47,119 nt of DNA, taken from contig JAVECL010000131.1 in assembly GCA_051942245.1 (NCBI GenBank), forward strand, positions 1-47,119. Direction: 5' to 3'. Positions 25,516 through 37,628 of this stretch are shown here, piece by piece (position 1 is the first letter of the stretch; each line of letters opens with the position of its first letter). The notes beneath the pieces were generated by a model that saw only the letters and a program-made list of their open reading frames with translations, made no database searches and had not been told where the DNA came from. The stretch comes from Trypethelium eluteriae (taxonomy: Eukaryota). The position numbers and the translations under genes are program-made.

Positions 25516-26815
25516 ATGTCTGTCAAGAGGTCAAGAAGTGGTGAAGTGGTGGATGAGGTTGTGGGTGCTGAGGCTCGATATGCGACCGATCTGCTGAGTG
25601 GGGCAAGTCAGCATAAGCTCGAGCACAACGCGTACCTCTCATTCAAGTGCCAAAATGATGCTGCCATCGCCATCGGCTTTGAAATCGGCGAGAAGCATCG
25701 ATTTGACTAGGTTCAAGCAGGGATAGGGAGTGCTTTCTATCACTGGATAGACGAGGCGTTGCAGTCATCGGCCTTCCAGCCAGCTGCCACAACGATGGCC
25801 TCAGGTACATCCCACTGATGACGATATCACCTCCTGCCGGACTTTCACAGGCAGTGATGATCATCGCCAAGGCAAAGTCAGATCAGGGAGGATTGTTGTA
25901 CTTACTTCGAGTGGCTGTGGTGGAGTAAATGGAACTGTCATGAGCAGAGCGTGAGCGTCTGACTTGAACAGCCATGCCAGGCTGGCGTTGGCGGCAAAAG
26001 GATAGTGCAACGATCCCAAAGCCAAAGAGACAGCTCCAAGCAGTCTCAGAGCAAGATCTCTTCAAGGGAAGCAGGCCCACATACCGATTATTGATGAAGA
26101 GGCAATGATGCCGAAGGAGGATGAAGGTGGTGGAAAGGAGAAGTGGGCGGGGCCCCCCCGAACCTGCTTTTATACCTACGTGGCTGGACTTGCACGCGGC
26201 TGGGCCAGAAGTTTGGCACTCACACGATCGAGGGAAGGCAATCATTCTCTGACGACCCACATCGCTTTTTCGGGCTAGAACGTAGCTTGCCACCGCACCA
26301 ATCTGGCTCACCAGCAGCACGTGGATCTAGGAGATGTACGCAAATCTTTGGGACATGACTGCGAGCAGATTAGGGGGCAGGCAGCTCGGCGAGGCACGAG
26401 TTGAATCTGAGTATAATCACGTCTTGGCTTACAAGCTACTGGGCATGAACTACAACGGTTCAGTCAAAACAGATCGATTCCAACGTGCTATAGGAAGCTG
26501 TCTAAGGTTTGCCTCGTTTTGCACACGGTACGCCCGCTCAGTTTGCAAATTGTCACTAGGAGTCGAGCTGAGCTTGTAGGCATCAGCCGAACGAACGAAG
26601 TGCATTCGCGCTCATCACTGCGGGATGTCGTTCCGGTCCTCGAGGCTTGCCAGAAAGGAAAATACAGGAAAAGAAAATACAGTGAACATACCAGCATTTG
26701 GGTCCGCCATTCTCTATTCAGCATGGCATCAGTTGGGTTCAACAACTCTGTCGAGTTCCGTGAGGATGGGGCATACCTTGTAATTTCTAACGTAATCTTG
26801 ACCGGTCGTTGTTGA
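25516..26815 (+). pseudogene. Possible decayed protein-coding relic of unknown family
   Basis: Starts ATAATATGTCT (MSVKRSRSGEVVDEVVG...) and reads on past single stops and frameshifts into ...IIDEEAMMPKEDEGGGKEKW... and MYANLWDM...SEYNHVLAYKLLGMNYNGSVKTDRFQRAIGSC. Protein-like composition only; no domain recognised. Confidence 0.25.
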
Positions 26816-29800
26816 AAAGAAAAGGAAGTTTAGGTTGGAGGTTGGGAAGTGAAGAAAGCTTTGCCTTGAAGGGCGTCCTACGGAGCTTGATATTAGCGTT
26901 CAACCGTGCCGGCACGGCAACGCACAGACTACGGAATGGCCAATCACGCCAGTGGATCAAGCGCGGCAGCGGGCTGTAACCAAGCAGCAAGATCACCCGG
27001 ACCTATTCAGAATACTGAGCAGTCGGACCGGAGATCAGCTCTGGTGAGGGTGGCTCAAATTCAGTTACTAGTAACACGTCCTCAGTAAGGCCACCAAAAT
27101 CCCATTTCAGGAGACCGAAAGGCTCGCAAGCTATTCGTACCCCAAGACTTGAGGCTCTGAGCGAGACTTTTGGGAGAGTTTTAGCTAGAGCACGATCAGT
27201 CTGGCAGAGAATCTCTAAATTTCGGCACCAGCTGCATAATGAATGGATTTTCAAGGGTTGGATTTCTATAAAACTCCGTATTCCATGGTCTCGAGCAAAA
27301 TTTGGTAGTGCAGAATTGCTCAGGGCGATATGTCGTCACCCATACCTCTGAAATCTCTAAATGGCCCAAAATCGAGATATTCGGAGGTCATCAAAAGACA
27401 GAGGCCCTAAATTCAGGGGCATGGGCAGTTCAAGTCTGGAAAACAATACTCTGAACCAAAGCCCTTCAGGGGCTCGAAAGGCAGCCGACAGAACTACAGC
27501 CTTAAACGCCTAGCATGGTGTGAGGATATCTTTGGTTTCCACCACCAAACAAATAGGGAAAACCATGATGGTCTGTGCGTACATGTAGTTTGATGACCAA
27601 GTCCCTACTGGATTGGGCACAGGGCACTTCTTCACTCCTTCAAAGAAGGCCAGCAAATCACGGTCGAGGCCATAAGGGGATAATGTGTTTGGTTTACAGC
27701 AAACAACGTAACTTATAGTCAGATAAGTCCACGGTGCTTTCAGCAAGACTTCTTCGACTCTCTCTTCTGTCGACTGGAGACGCATAACTTTGCGCAGCCG
27801 GCATTTCCATTTCGTGCAGATCACGAGAAGTTGGTGCTTTAGCCCAGTGAATTACCATAGTAGGGTGTACCGAGTCTTTTTTCTCATACTCCTGCAGTCG
27901 GATGGAAACAATTGGAAGACTCTGCACGACAAAGCTGTTGCAAAACCTCCCTCTGCCTTCCCGCTCTGCACGCGAATCCACAACTAGTCCAAGAGGTTTT
28001 GAGCATTATGTGTATTCCTAGTCGCCAACTTTTTCCTGCAGCAAACGCTTTCTACTTCCTTTGCTTGCTGCTGTAGAATTTGTCTCAACTGTGGGGATCA
28101 GTGGTAAAGTGCTCGATTGTTTTGACCTGTTTACTTCTCAATCATCAGTATCAGCTCTGGCGACATTTGAGGAGAAACGCATGCTCGGCAAGGAGACATA
28201 CGAGTTGGATCTATACGCTCGCAATCCCTCGTGAAAGCCCACAAAGGCAAGATCGTGGGAACGTTTACGAAGGAGGCTTTTTGAGATTGTGCGTTCTATC
28301 GTTGGCCAGTCGTATCGAAAAGACAGGTTGATCGCCGGGCGCTACTAATGATGTGCCTTTCGTCAGCTACGTGCGTCCATTGTAATATCATCAGCTCTGT
28401 TCATAGGGTAAAGGGCACACTCAAGCTTTTTTGAGAAGATTAAGGGATGTTTTCTTCACACGGAACGTGCAGATAGCATGGTCCCATTGGACTGTCATTC
28501 ATCATTGAAGGTGCCAAAAGATTCCTAAAGAACACGGGAATACTGTCACGCTAATAGACTTGTGAGCGTACCTTGGAGATTCTGCAATCGAAAAGAAGTG
28601 GATCTGGGGCCAGAGCTACGAGAAGCCATGGTGCTACATGAGATCATCATTAGTAAACTGGACCATGAAATTCGCGTTAAGGTCGAGAAGAAAGCAGATG
28701 TGACCAGATGGATCAGAGTTTGGATATCCACAGATAAATGTTCGGACAACGAACGAGACTTGAAATTCTTTCTCATCAGATGTGCTCGACAGGGCTGGCA
28801 CTTCAAAGCTGACGAAGCAGTTTCCAGACTTACACTTTAAGCGAGTCAACCCTCCACTCTTTACAGCTAGGAGCAAAGCTGCCTGCACATAAGAAGCTCG
28901 GTGGCTCCTTGGGAGCTCGACGGAAGTGTATGCAACGGTTCCAGTATGACTTGCGACCAGCAGAGCGCCGCTCGAACGCGAATGGGTGTGCCAAAGCAAA
29001 CTCGTAACTTTATTCAGAGTATCCTCGTATTCTTGGCAATATTCTTGCATGATTGCGCAGAAGAATCTCAATGTTCAGGATCAGAGTGGTCGTGGATAAC
29101 GGTGCGAAATGCAGATACTGCCCGACATCAGCTCCAGCCCTTGTCGTGGTCGACGCCCATGAGGTTCTCGAAATGTGTTTAGGATGAAGGCCGTCAGCGA
29201 AACCTGCAGCCCTTGGATTGGCCAAAATACGCTGATCAAAAGCTCGAAGGCACTCACAATATCTGTATCTGTTGGCAATAGCCAGATCGTATTGTGCGTG
29301 AGGACAAGACAAGATCAACCAGAAGTGGTCTATAGCAGGATCAGCCAGACTGCGCAGGTTGAAAGAGTGATGAAGTATAACGTCTCCGTCATGAAAAGAT
29401 TTATCGAGCAAGTCAGGTGAAAAGTCTGATCGAAGAGCAGTAGTGAATTTAGACTGCGTGGAAAGTATGTTCCAGAGGATGTGGGGCACCTGAAAGCTAC
29501 TTATCACCCAACTGCTGTGTCACAGCATGAAATCAGCAAGATGAAAAAACCACTCTTGGCTTGTTCTTACCAATGCCTAGGTCTATTAGTTTGGTACCAG
29601 ACTTCAGGGTGATCCTTGTCTCAAGACTCTATGGGAAAGGAAAAGGGAAAAAAGGCTAGCTTTTTACTACGTCACCCGCAGCAAATAAATACGGTTCTGA
29701 GCAGAACCAGGAAAAACGAGCGAAACAACTGCTGCTCGTTAAATACTGCGCCCCTATAGTCCGGCCAGAAGTCTCAAAGAACAGTACATGCGGCGATCAC

Positions 29801-31013
29801 TCAATGCTGATAATAACAACAACATTTCGAAGCCTCAATTGCAGGGCAAGCGGCTGGGCCAGAATCACTATGACTCCATATGGAAAAGTTAACCGTCATC
29901 TAAAGTGTATCTCAAGCGGACCAAAGAACCCTAGCATACTTGGGGTGCATCGTAGGTTTACTGAGCTAGGGGAACTGAGGAGAACCTACTGTTGACTGAG
30001 CCATGATCTAAACAGAGGCAGCAATGTCTATATCGAGTGAATCAGCACCAGTAGATCTTAACCATCGATGTGGTGATCTGGTAATCTCTACGCATCACGT
30101 ATCGTGCCATCTTGACTATGGCCGAGGAGAGTAGGAAAGCGATCGTTGTGACTCAACACTACACCTTAGGCTTCAAGAATATCATGTAATATCAGTCCTG
30201 CCAATACTTAGTTCCTGACTTCTCTGGCCTCCCGGGCCTCGGTGCGACATGATTCGCATTCCAGGGTTCGATTCAGCGAGCATAGATTGAATCATTCCGG
30301 CGAGAACGAGCCTCGAGACGCGGAGGTCAACGCAGAGGATGATTAGTCGGAGGCAGGCGGTGATGATCTTTATGTTACAACGATACCAGCGAAGCCGAGA
30401 AGGAAGACCAAGGCTCCCAAGGAACTCTTGATGCCTAGGCCAGCGGCCGCCTTAATCTGTTGTTGCCAAGAGGATTAGGCATTGAACACCTGATGAGCGC
30501 TCCCAGAGACTACAAAGTACTTGCTTCTGGGGCGCCATAGTCGCACAGTCGTAGCGTTCTTCCTTTAAACCGATTTGGAACTGCATCGACCTTGTGTTTA
30601 CCAGTTGGATTAAAACACGGTTTACATTGAGTACTGAATTTTCACTAACATCAGACTCTGCACTCTCAGCAGCCCCCCAAGCAGCCCCCCAGATAGCCTG
30701 TTGAGCAAACCATGCAGATATGCAATCCTCCCTTTCTGCAGCAACCAATCTTCAAAGAGGTGCGGTTCATCTTCGTCAGAGACAACTCCTAGACCTGGTC
30801 CACAATCATTGTCCAAGTACCAACCATCGGTCCAGACAACTGCTACATCAGCAACTGTCAGGTCTTCGAAATCTTCCTCAACATCGTCACCATCATCGAT
30901 ATCGTTCCATTAAATCGAGACCACTCTCCTCAACCTAGTTCTCCTTCGCACCATCACCACCTCTCAATCCTTATTCTCGTCTGAACCGTCCATGCCATGC
31001 CTGCCAAATTCGA

Positions 31014-31680
31014 AACTCTGGCCGATGATTATCTTCCTCGAAACATCTGTTGCAATCAACATCGTGATGTCGGCCGCAGTATAGCACAGTTTGACAATAG
31101 CTCAGTCAACATGCTGTTCATGACGGCCTTTTAATCTTGGCTTACTTGCTGAGAGAACATCATAATGTCTCTAAAGGGGCAAGCAAGCCGTATGAGAAGG
31201 ACGAAAGGGGAAGGAAAGGTCTTCCTCGAAACATCCATTGCCATTAACATTGTGATGTCGGCCGCTATTTTCGCACGATGACAACAGCTCAGTCAACATG
31301 CTATGCAAAACGGCCTTTTAATCCTGGCTTACTTGCTGAGATACATCATCATAATGTCTCAAAAGGGGCAAGCTAGCCGTATGAGAAGGAGGGAAGGGGA
31401 AGGAGAGGGGTGGAAGAACAGATGGCTAAATGGGAAGGGGAACTCTGGCCGATGATTATCTTCCTCAAAACATCTATTGCCATCAACATTGTGATGTCGG
31501 CCGCTCTGTTCGCACGATGACAATAGCTCAGTCAACATGCTTCGAAACGGCCTTTTAATCTTGGCTTACTTGCTGAGATACATCATCATAATGTCTCAAA
31601 AGGGACGAGCTAGCCGTATGAGGAGGAGGGAAGGGGAAGGAGAGGGGTGGAAGAACAGACGGCTAGGTCGGAAGGGGAAA
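31014..31680. repeat. Three-copy ~240-bp tandem repeat with internal inverted repeats and purine-rich tails
   Basis: TCTTCCTC[G/A]AAACATC recurs at 31032, 31220 and 31459 (periods 188 and 239). Shared blocks: GTGATGTCGGCCGC, AGCTCAGTCAACATGCT, ACGGCCTTTTAATCYTGGCTTACTTGCTGAGA, AGCCGTATGAGRAGGA, then a GA tract. Confidence 0.95.
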
Positions 31681-31840
31681 GGAGAAAGTAGGCAAGACGA
31701 AAGGGGAAGAGGTGGGAGGAAAGAAAAAGAAGGGAAGATCGACATGTGCTGCGTGCAAAACAATCCTTGGAAAGCTCTCCCAAGATGCCAGCATCATTAC
31801 AGCACTTTGATTTTCGCTTGGAAAATGGCGAAAGACACCA

Positions 31841-32318
31841 CTAAGCGCGTCCAAGACTGCCCAAGCATACAGGAACTCCACACAGTCCAGCATCTCGAGT
31901 TTGTGGTTCTTCTTCACTGCATGCAACGGTTGTCATATCCCTCCTAACATGGCGGTCGTATCGAGATTTTGACAGCTCATTGTCTTCGTTCTGAGGTGTG
32001 TGGAAAGCTTGACCTGGCGCATCTTCATCCAAATTTCGACTGCATGAGGACTCGCGGCAGAGCTTAGAAGGATGACTGAACCAAAGGATGACGATCGAGC
32101 CTCGCCACCGTGAACCGTAAACCAGTCCAAACTTTTTGAGTACTCTGGGGTTTCATTGTCAACAACCGACTGACACAAGGAAGCAGGCACTTACCTGCAA
32201 TCGTTGTGCTGAGATACCGTTGGCGGTGGAATCATTAGCGGTACCCTTATCTTGAGGATCTGGAGTCCGAGAGACTTACAAGTATGCGAAGCCCAAAAAG
32301 TGTACAAGGGCGATACAT
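31841..32318 (-). CDS. Candidate orphan gene with a 14-nt micro-exon (118 aa; alternative ATG at 32342)
   Basis: Exon 1 32318-32280; intron 32279-32209 (GTAAGT..GCTAAT..CAG); micro-exon 32208-32195; intron 32194-32145 (GTAAGT..TTGAC..CAG); exon 3 32144-31841. The spliced frame is open: MYRPCTLFGLRILHNDCRVLKKFGLVYGSRWRGSIVILWFSHPSKLC...GLCGVPVCLGSLGRA*. Confidence 0.35.
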
Positions 32319-34348
32319 TTTACAGCAATAGACTGCCGGCATAAATTATGGCTGACCAGCGTGGGTGGTGTCGTCGATGTCAAATTTCCGATGTGGTGGT
32401 CTGGTCCTAAGGCTTGAAGAAAGGAAACCGAAAAGGAGAAAAATTGCCCACCTCTCAAGTCGAGTTGCGTAGCGAAATTTCAGTGTCAGAGTCGCGTTGG
32501 AGGACGTGAAATGGGGCCGATATTAACCTTTGAGACGTCAGCTGTACTGTTGTTCTCAAGAGATAATGAGTAAAGGGAAAGGGAAACTCTCCTGACAAGC
32601 CTCGGATCCGACTCTTGTGTCGAAGTCGTACTTGCGAGTGCTGGCCAAGCTGAACCTAGACGATCGAATATCATCAACAGCAATACTGCCCCCTAGAGCG
32701 GAGTTACGAGAGAGCAGACAAATACTCGCCCAATGTGTGTTCTTTTTTGTTCGAGAGTGGCTTCTCAAGCTCCAGGCTTTCAATGATATTCGAAGCAGCC
32801 TGTGACAAAAAGATTAGCGCAGCTTTAACGGTTCACGCAGGGTTGCTGAGACAACTGGAGTAGGGCTTCAGAATCCTGAAATCATCATTCGTTCGTCCTC
32901 CAGTGGAGGAGAGTCTGAGTTGAAAACTTCGAGTTGGAAACTCTCATCATGAAGTGGAAGTGCAGTGTTGCACTAGTGAATAGGCGGAAGTGGGACATAC
33001 TTATCGAGGGAGTCGTGGTGTCTAAAAACAGCAGACTGGGCACCGAATTGTCGAAGAAATGTGACGCAGTCAGCCTGGAAATATTGTCAGCCATTCTGCA
33101 GTCCCTTCGTGTTTGGTTCTGATGAAGTTCAGAAGCCGAAGACCGCCGTCACCACAGGCAACTGTGATAAGTAAGCAGGTTGGCGCGAGATCGGGATCCC
33201 GATTCATCAGAGGAGGGCGATACAACTTGACTTCTATGATTTGCTGGCCATTCCATTCGATGGAGAGAAGAGCAAACTCTTCTCATGTCCTTGAAAGGCC
33301 TTCAACGTGGGTTGGCAGCCGCAGCCACTAACGCGCAGAAATGAAGCTGCGAGCACAACCGCTTTCAGAGCAGAGCCTTTGGCATTATGGAATCGGCCGA
33401 GCATTCTCTGCACCGAACCTTTCCGAGCCCTCCCTCAAGACGGGAGTTCGAGGGTAGTCAGATGAAGAGAGGGTGTATGAGTGGACGAGGAACAGGGAGA
33501 TTCAGGGAAGAATAGCAAAGGCAGAGTGTAAACCGCGTTGAGGAGGGGCCGCCAAGGAAGCTGACGGTGATATATCACACACAGTGTACTTGGCCACAAG
33601 GGCCGTGCAGGCTCAACAGTAGCACATCGTCGTCAAGCCCTTTCTATGGCCTTCGATCACAGGTCTCATTAACCATTTCTGTTGATCAATGGCGCCCCAC
33701 TTACCAGCCCCCTGACTCTCTGCTGCCTGCGGGATCAGCTCGAGCCGAGAAAGACTTATCACAGCACACGAGTCCTACAACGCAAAGGTCGTCATCGCTA
33801 ATAGGCTGGATAAGCTCAGCATGAGACACGTGTCAGGGGCAGACCTAGACAAGCAGTTCAAAGCCCATTACCAAATTGGCGAAGCAGGGATCAAGGAAAT
33901 TGCTGAATCTGGCTCTACACACTGCCTGGTGTTCAGCATTTGATTTTGGCAGGTCACTACGAAACGGCCTTGCTATTCATCCATGCACTCAAAACCTAGT
34001 TTGGTAGAAATGACATGTTTGTCAGACGGCGACGCGTAGATAGGATGACATCCACCAGGAGAAAGCCTTGGATGGCTTTTTGCCGCCAAAATCGGTTCAC
34101 TGCATTTCTATGCATGATTTGAAAGCCTATTGAATCATGAGAATTTGATCTCAAGGGCACATGGCATCCAGCAGCATTGATCAAAATTCTGAGCCATTTT
34201 ATGCAAAGAAGCGGCTTGCAAGCCACGCAAACAGTTTTCAATTTGAAAACAATAAACGAAATCTCTGGTGTTTGAATAGGAAAGGCATTCTATGAGTCTA
34301 TGTTCTAGGTTTGCCGGAAGCTGAAGGCATCGACAATTTGTCTCGCGT

Positions 34349-36854
34349 TCAGGGGATAGCAGAGCCCGCCTCCGCCTTCATAACGCCAAATCGCTGGCTC
34401 AAGACTACCCACTGTGCTACAGAGAAAGCAAACCGCATCGCCAGCGCCTCTTTGCCCACAAATGCTCGGTGTATCAAATCCCTTGTTTTTTCCCAATCTA
34501 CAAAGCCCAACCCTTCCACATTCTCCTTTGTAATCAAGTGCTGCAGCAGCTTATGCAAGGGGCCATTTTCAGGGTAAGTCGTAGGAGCTGAGTATGGCTT
34601 TGACAGTATCAGCGAAATCAAATTTCGATACATGGAGGAGTCTGAGCTTGCTTACATGTTTCCTACGTTTGTATAGTTCGTCTGTTATGAAGGGTTTGGC
34701 TGCTTCCCTTAAAATCCACTTTTCTACGAATGCGCCTTTCTGCGCACTCTCTGTAAGTGTCTGTCCATCCGACGCGGCAACCCACCTCATCTTCACGCTT
34801 GGCGGTAGCCCGTTCACGTATTCCGTTAGTTTGTGGTCAAGAAAGGGTGTTCTTGCTTCAATGCTATGCGCCATTTCCGTACGATCACCCAAACAGCTGA
34901 GGAAGATGTTTGCCAAATGGCCTTTTGTCCAGACATACTGCGCGCTGTGCAAGGGATGCCATTTGTCTGCCATTAGAGAACGTACCCGTCCATCGACGTT
35001 GTTTGCGATAGTGAGCTCGGGCTCAGCATTACCGTACTCCCTCTTTGTCCATGGAGCAAAAAGTGAGTCGACACGGAATGCCGCCATAGAAGCAGGTGTA
35101 GAAATGCTGTTGAGCATTCGTCGTGGAAGCGTGTCGGAGGAAGTGGACATGTGCGCGCCTATGGAAGTATAGTAATCTGCAAGGTCGCGTTCCGCTCGTT
35201 CGAATTGCTCGATGCGTAGAGACTCTGGGAACAGAGGGGACTGAAAAGAGGTATCGGGTTCGCGAAGGTAGTCCGGTAGGTAGACTTGATACCCTGAGAA
35301 GTGCTCGTCGGCACCTTCACCTGGAAGATTGTCAAATTCCGAATTTCAACCATATTCAGAAGTGGTCTCTGCATGATCGGACGAAGATAATGGTCGAAAA
35401 GTCTCTTCACACTGTCTCCTCCTTTATTTGGGATTTAGGAGTTACATTACCTGTCAAGACGACTTTGAAGCCGTGTTGTCGTGGCAGTTCGGAAAGGGCG
35501 AACTTTCCAATGAAGTTGAGATCTGGGTAGTAATGTTCGCAATGCCAGGTAGCATCCTCGAATCGCTTCGCTAATTCAGCTTCATTCATATGTTTCTTGA
35601 AGTATTTCACCCCCAGAAAGTCTGCAGTTCGACTGGCAATGGCTAATTCTTTGTCAGCAACGGCGATAGCACTGACTGGCTTCTGTGGATGTAGGAGACG
35701 AACAAGATTCATCAAAACCGCTATCCTCATCAAAAGCGATGCTGAAGCAGCTAACTCTTTCTGTCTCTTTGTCATTTCCAATCCTTTCTCCTTGCTCTCG
35801 TATTAGGTGTGTGACCATTCCGGCTATGGCAGAGGAATCGATACCACCACTGAGATAGACACCGACTGGAACATCAGCTCTCAGGCGTAATCTAACGGAC
35901 TCGAGTAAGTGTTTCCTGACGCTGGCAATCATTTCCTCTTCTGTTCGCACATCCTTGAGCCTCTACAACTACTCGTTAGCGTGTTCAATGTTTTCAGAGA
36001 ACACAATTAGAGGTCCCTTTTGAATAAAGGGTTGAATAAGGATAGGGATGCAGCATACTTTATCTGGATATTCCAAATCCCAGAATGTCCTCTGTTCCAC
36101 ATGGCCAAGCGCACGACACACCAAGTAGTGCCCTGGCCTCACCTTTTGCACGCCCTTGAAAACAGTCCTCTCGTCATTGTTCCAGCCCCCTTCCGCCAAA
36201 CTCTTGACATCCCATTCCGGCCGCCAGCCCAGCGGGAGAAAGGCCTTCGCTTCAGCCGCAACCAGCAGTCGTCCGGCCTGCATCGTCCAGAACAACGGCT
36301 TGATTCCGTAACGATCCCGTGCGGCGATGAAGACCTGCGCCTCAGCGTCGTACAGGCACAACGCAAACTCGCCGCGTAGGTGCTCGAGGAAGGAGAGACC
36401 ATAGCGCTGGTACAGGGCGATGACGATCTCACAGTCGGAAGTGGAATGGAAGGCGAAATCGGTCGTGCGCGTAAGCTCGTCGCGGATGCGATCGTGGTCA
36501 TAAAGCTCGCCGTTGACAACGGCATGGATAGTGGAGGGAGGGCCATTATGGAAGGGTTGAGCGCCAGCCGGTGAAAGGTCGTTAATGGAGAGGCGAACGT
36601 GGCCAAGGGCTTTGGCATTGTAATAAACGGTTAGCATTGGCTTCTTAGGGCATCAGGGTATGCAGTGAAGAATCACCAATGCGTTTGTCTGAAGAAAACC
36701 ATTTGCCCGTTGCATCGGGACCGCGATGACGGATCAAGTTGAGGCTTCTGTCCAGCTCGTCTTCAGTAACGGTCTCAAGTCTCGAGTTGGATCCATCTAT
36801 TTTTCGATCCCGCTGGTCATCGCGTAGAGCTACTATGCAGCTAATGCCACACAT
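34349..36854 (-). CDS. Asparagine synthetase (glutamine-hydrolysing)-like Ntn amidotransferase, AsnB family (6 exons)
   Basis: Exons 36854-36677, 36609-36059, 35962-35704, 35642-35451, 35320-34656, 34597-34349. Motifs: MCGI (N-terminal nucleophile Cys), RHRGPD, LGHVRLSINDL, NGELYD, SDCE, RDRYGIKPL, SGGIDSS, TGEGADE, DRTEMAHSIEARTPFLD, EKWILRE. Confidence 0.93.
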
Positions 36855-37628
36855 TTTCTGTGTCTTTTCTACCCAATGGTTACCAACTATTCTAGTGATG
36901 GGACAAGGAGTTTAGCCGGTTGTAGGGAGGTGAATGTGTGCAACTGGTCGCGAGAGCGCATGCCAGGGAAGTCTACCCCAACATGAGCCGGTGGGTTCCC
37001 CAGATAGCATCGTCGGGGTTACCTCCGGTGTGGTAATGACGCCGTTGAAACGTTTAGCACAGTCCAAGGAAGCAGCAAAGCTTGCGATTGGAAGCCATGA
37101 TGATGCTGTCCAGGGATTAGAACTAAGCTTATCGCGAAGGCTAGCCGCATTATGCTTAAACTGAGAAGATCTCCCCTTGGATGATAAGGGCCCTGGCATT
37201 GCTGGCATAGGTACGATTTCTGAGGTGCGATTTCTAAAATACCATCATGCAAGAAATCCAATTGGGAGATGCCGTGGCGTTTTTGAATCGTACGTAATCA
37301 GCTGAGGTGGCAGGGGATTCTAGAGTTCTCTACGACTTCTACAAACGAAGGCTAGGACACGGAACAGCAAACCCTCTGCGAATAGAAGATCTTCACATTA
37401 AAGTGCGGACTTTGCTCCGATTAGAATTATCTACAGGAAGCTACGAAGCATTCAGCTCTTCATTCACCTTTCCGAAGATTAAGAAACTTTTTGTGATTAC
37501 ATTACTGAGCGCCAATTCCACCATGAAAGATGGCGCCACGTGGTTAAGCTAATAAAGCAACCGGGACCCTTACAGCTATGGCCAGGATACCATTATAATT
37601 TGTGTTCAATCCTCAAATTAGGAAGAGC

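Noticed and set aside
30240..30290. B-box-like GGTTCGATTC suggesting a tRNA or tRNA-derived SINE
   Set aside because: No T-stem pairing, no A box and no cloverleaf can be built.
31018..31075. Hammerhead-like pattern CCGATGA...GAAAC-ATC...GAT-GTC in copy 1 of the 31-kb array
   Set aside because: The core is CCGAUGA rather than CUGAUGA, stem II cannot form and stem I is out of register. Copy 3 has AAAA for GAAA and copy 2 lacks the 5' core. At most a degenerate relic.
7500..34300. Explicit call of a Starship, Helitron or LTR element for the island
   Set aside because: No captain recombinase, RepHel, RT or integrase motifs, LTR pair, TIRs or target-site duplication could be identified by eye; kept only as a hypothesis.
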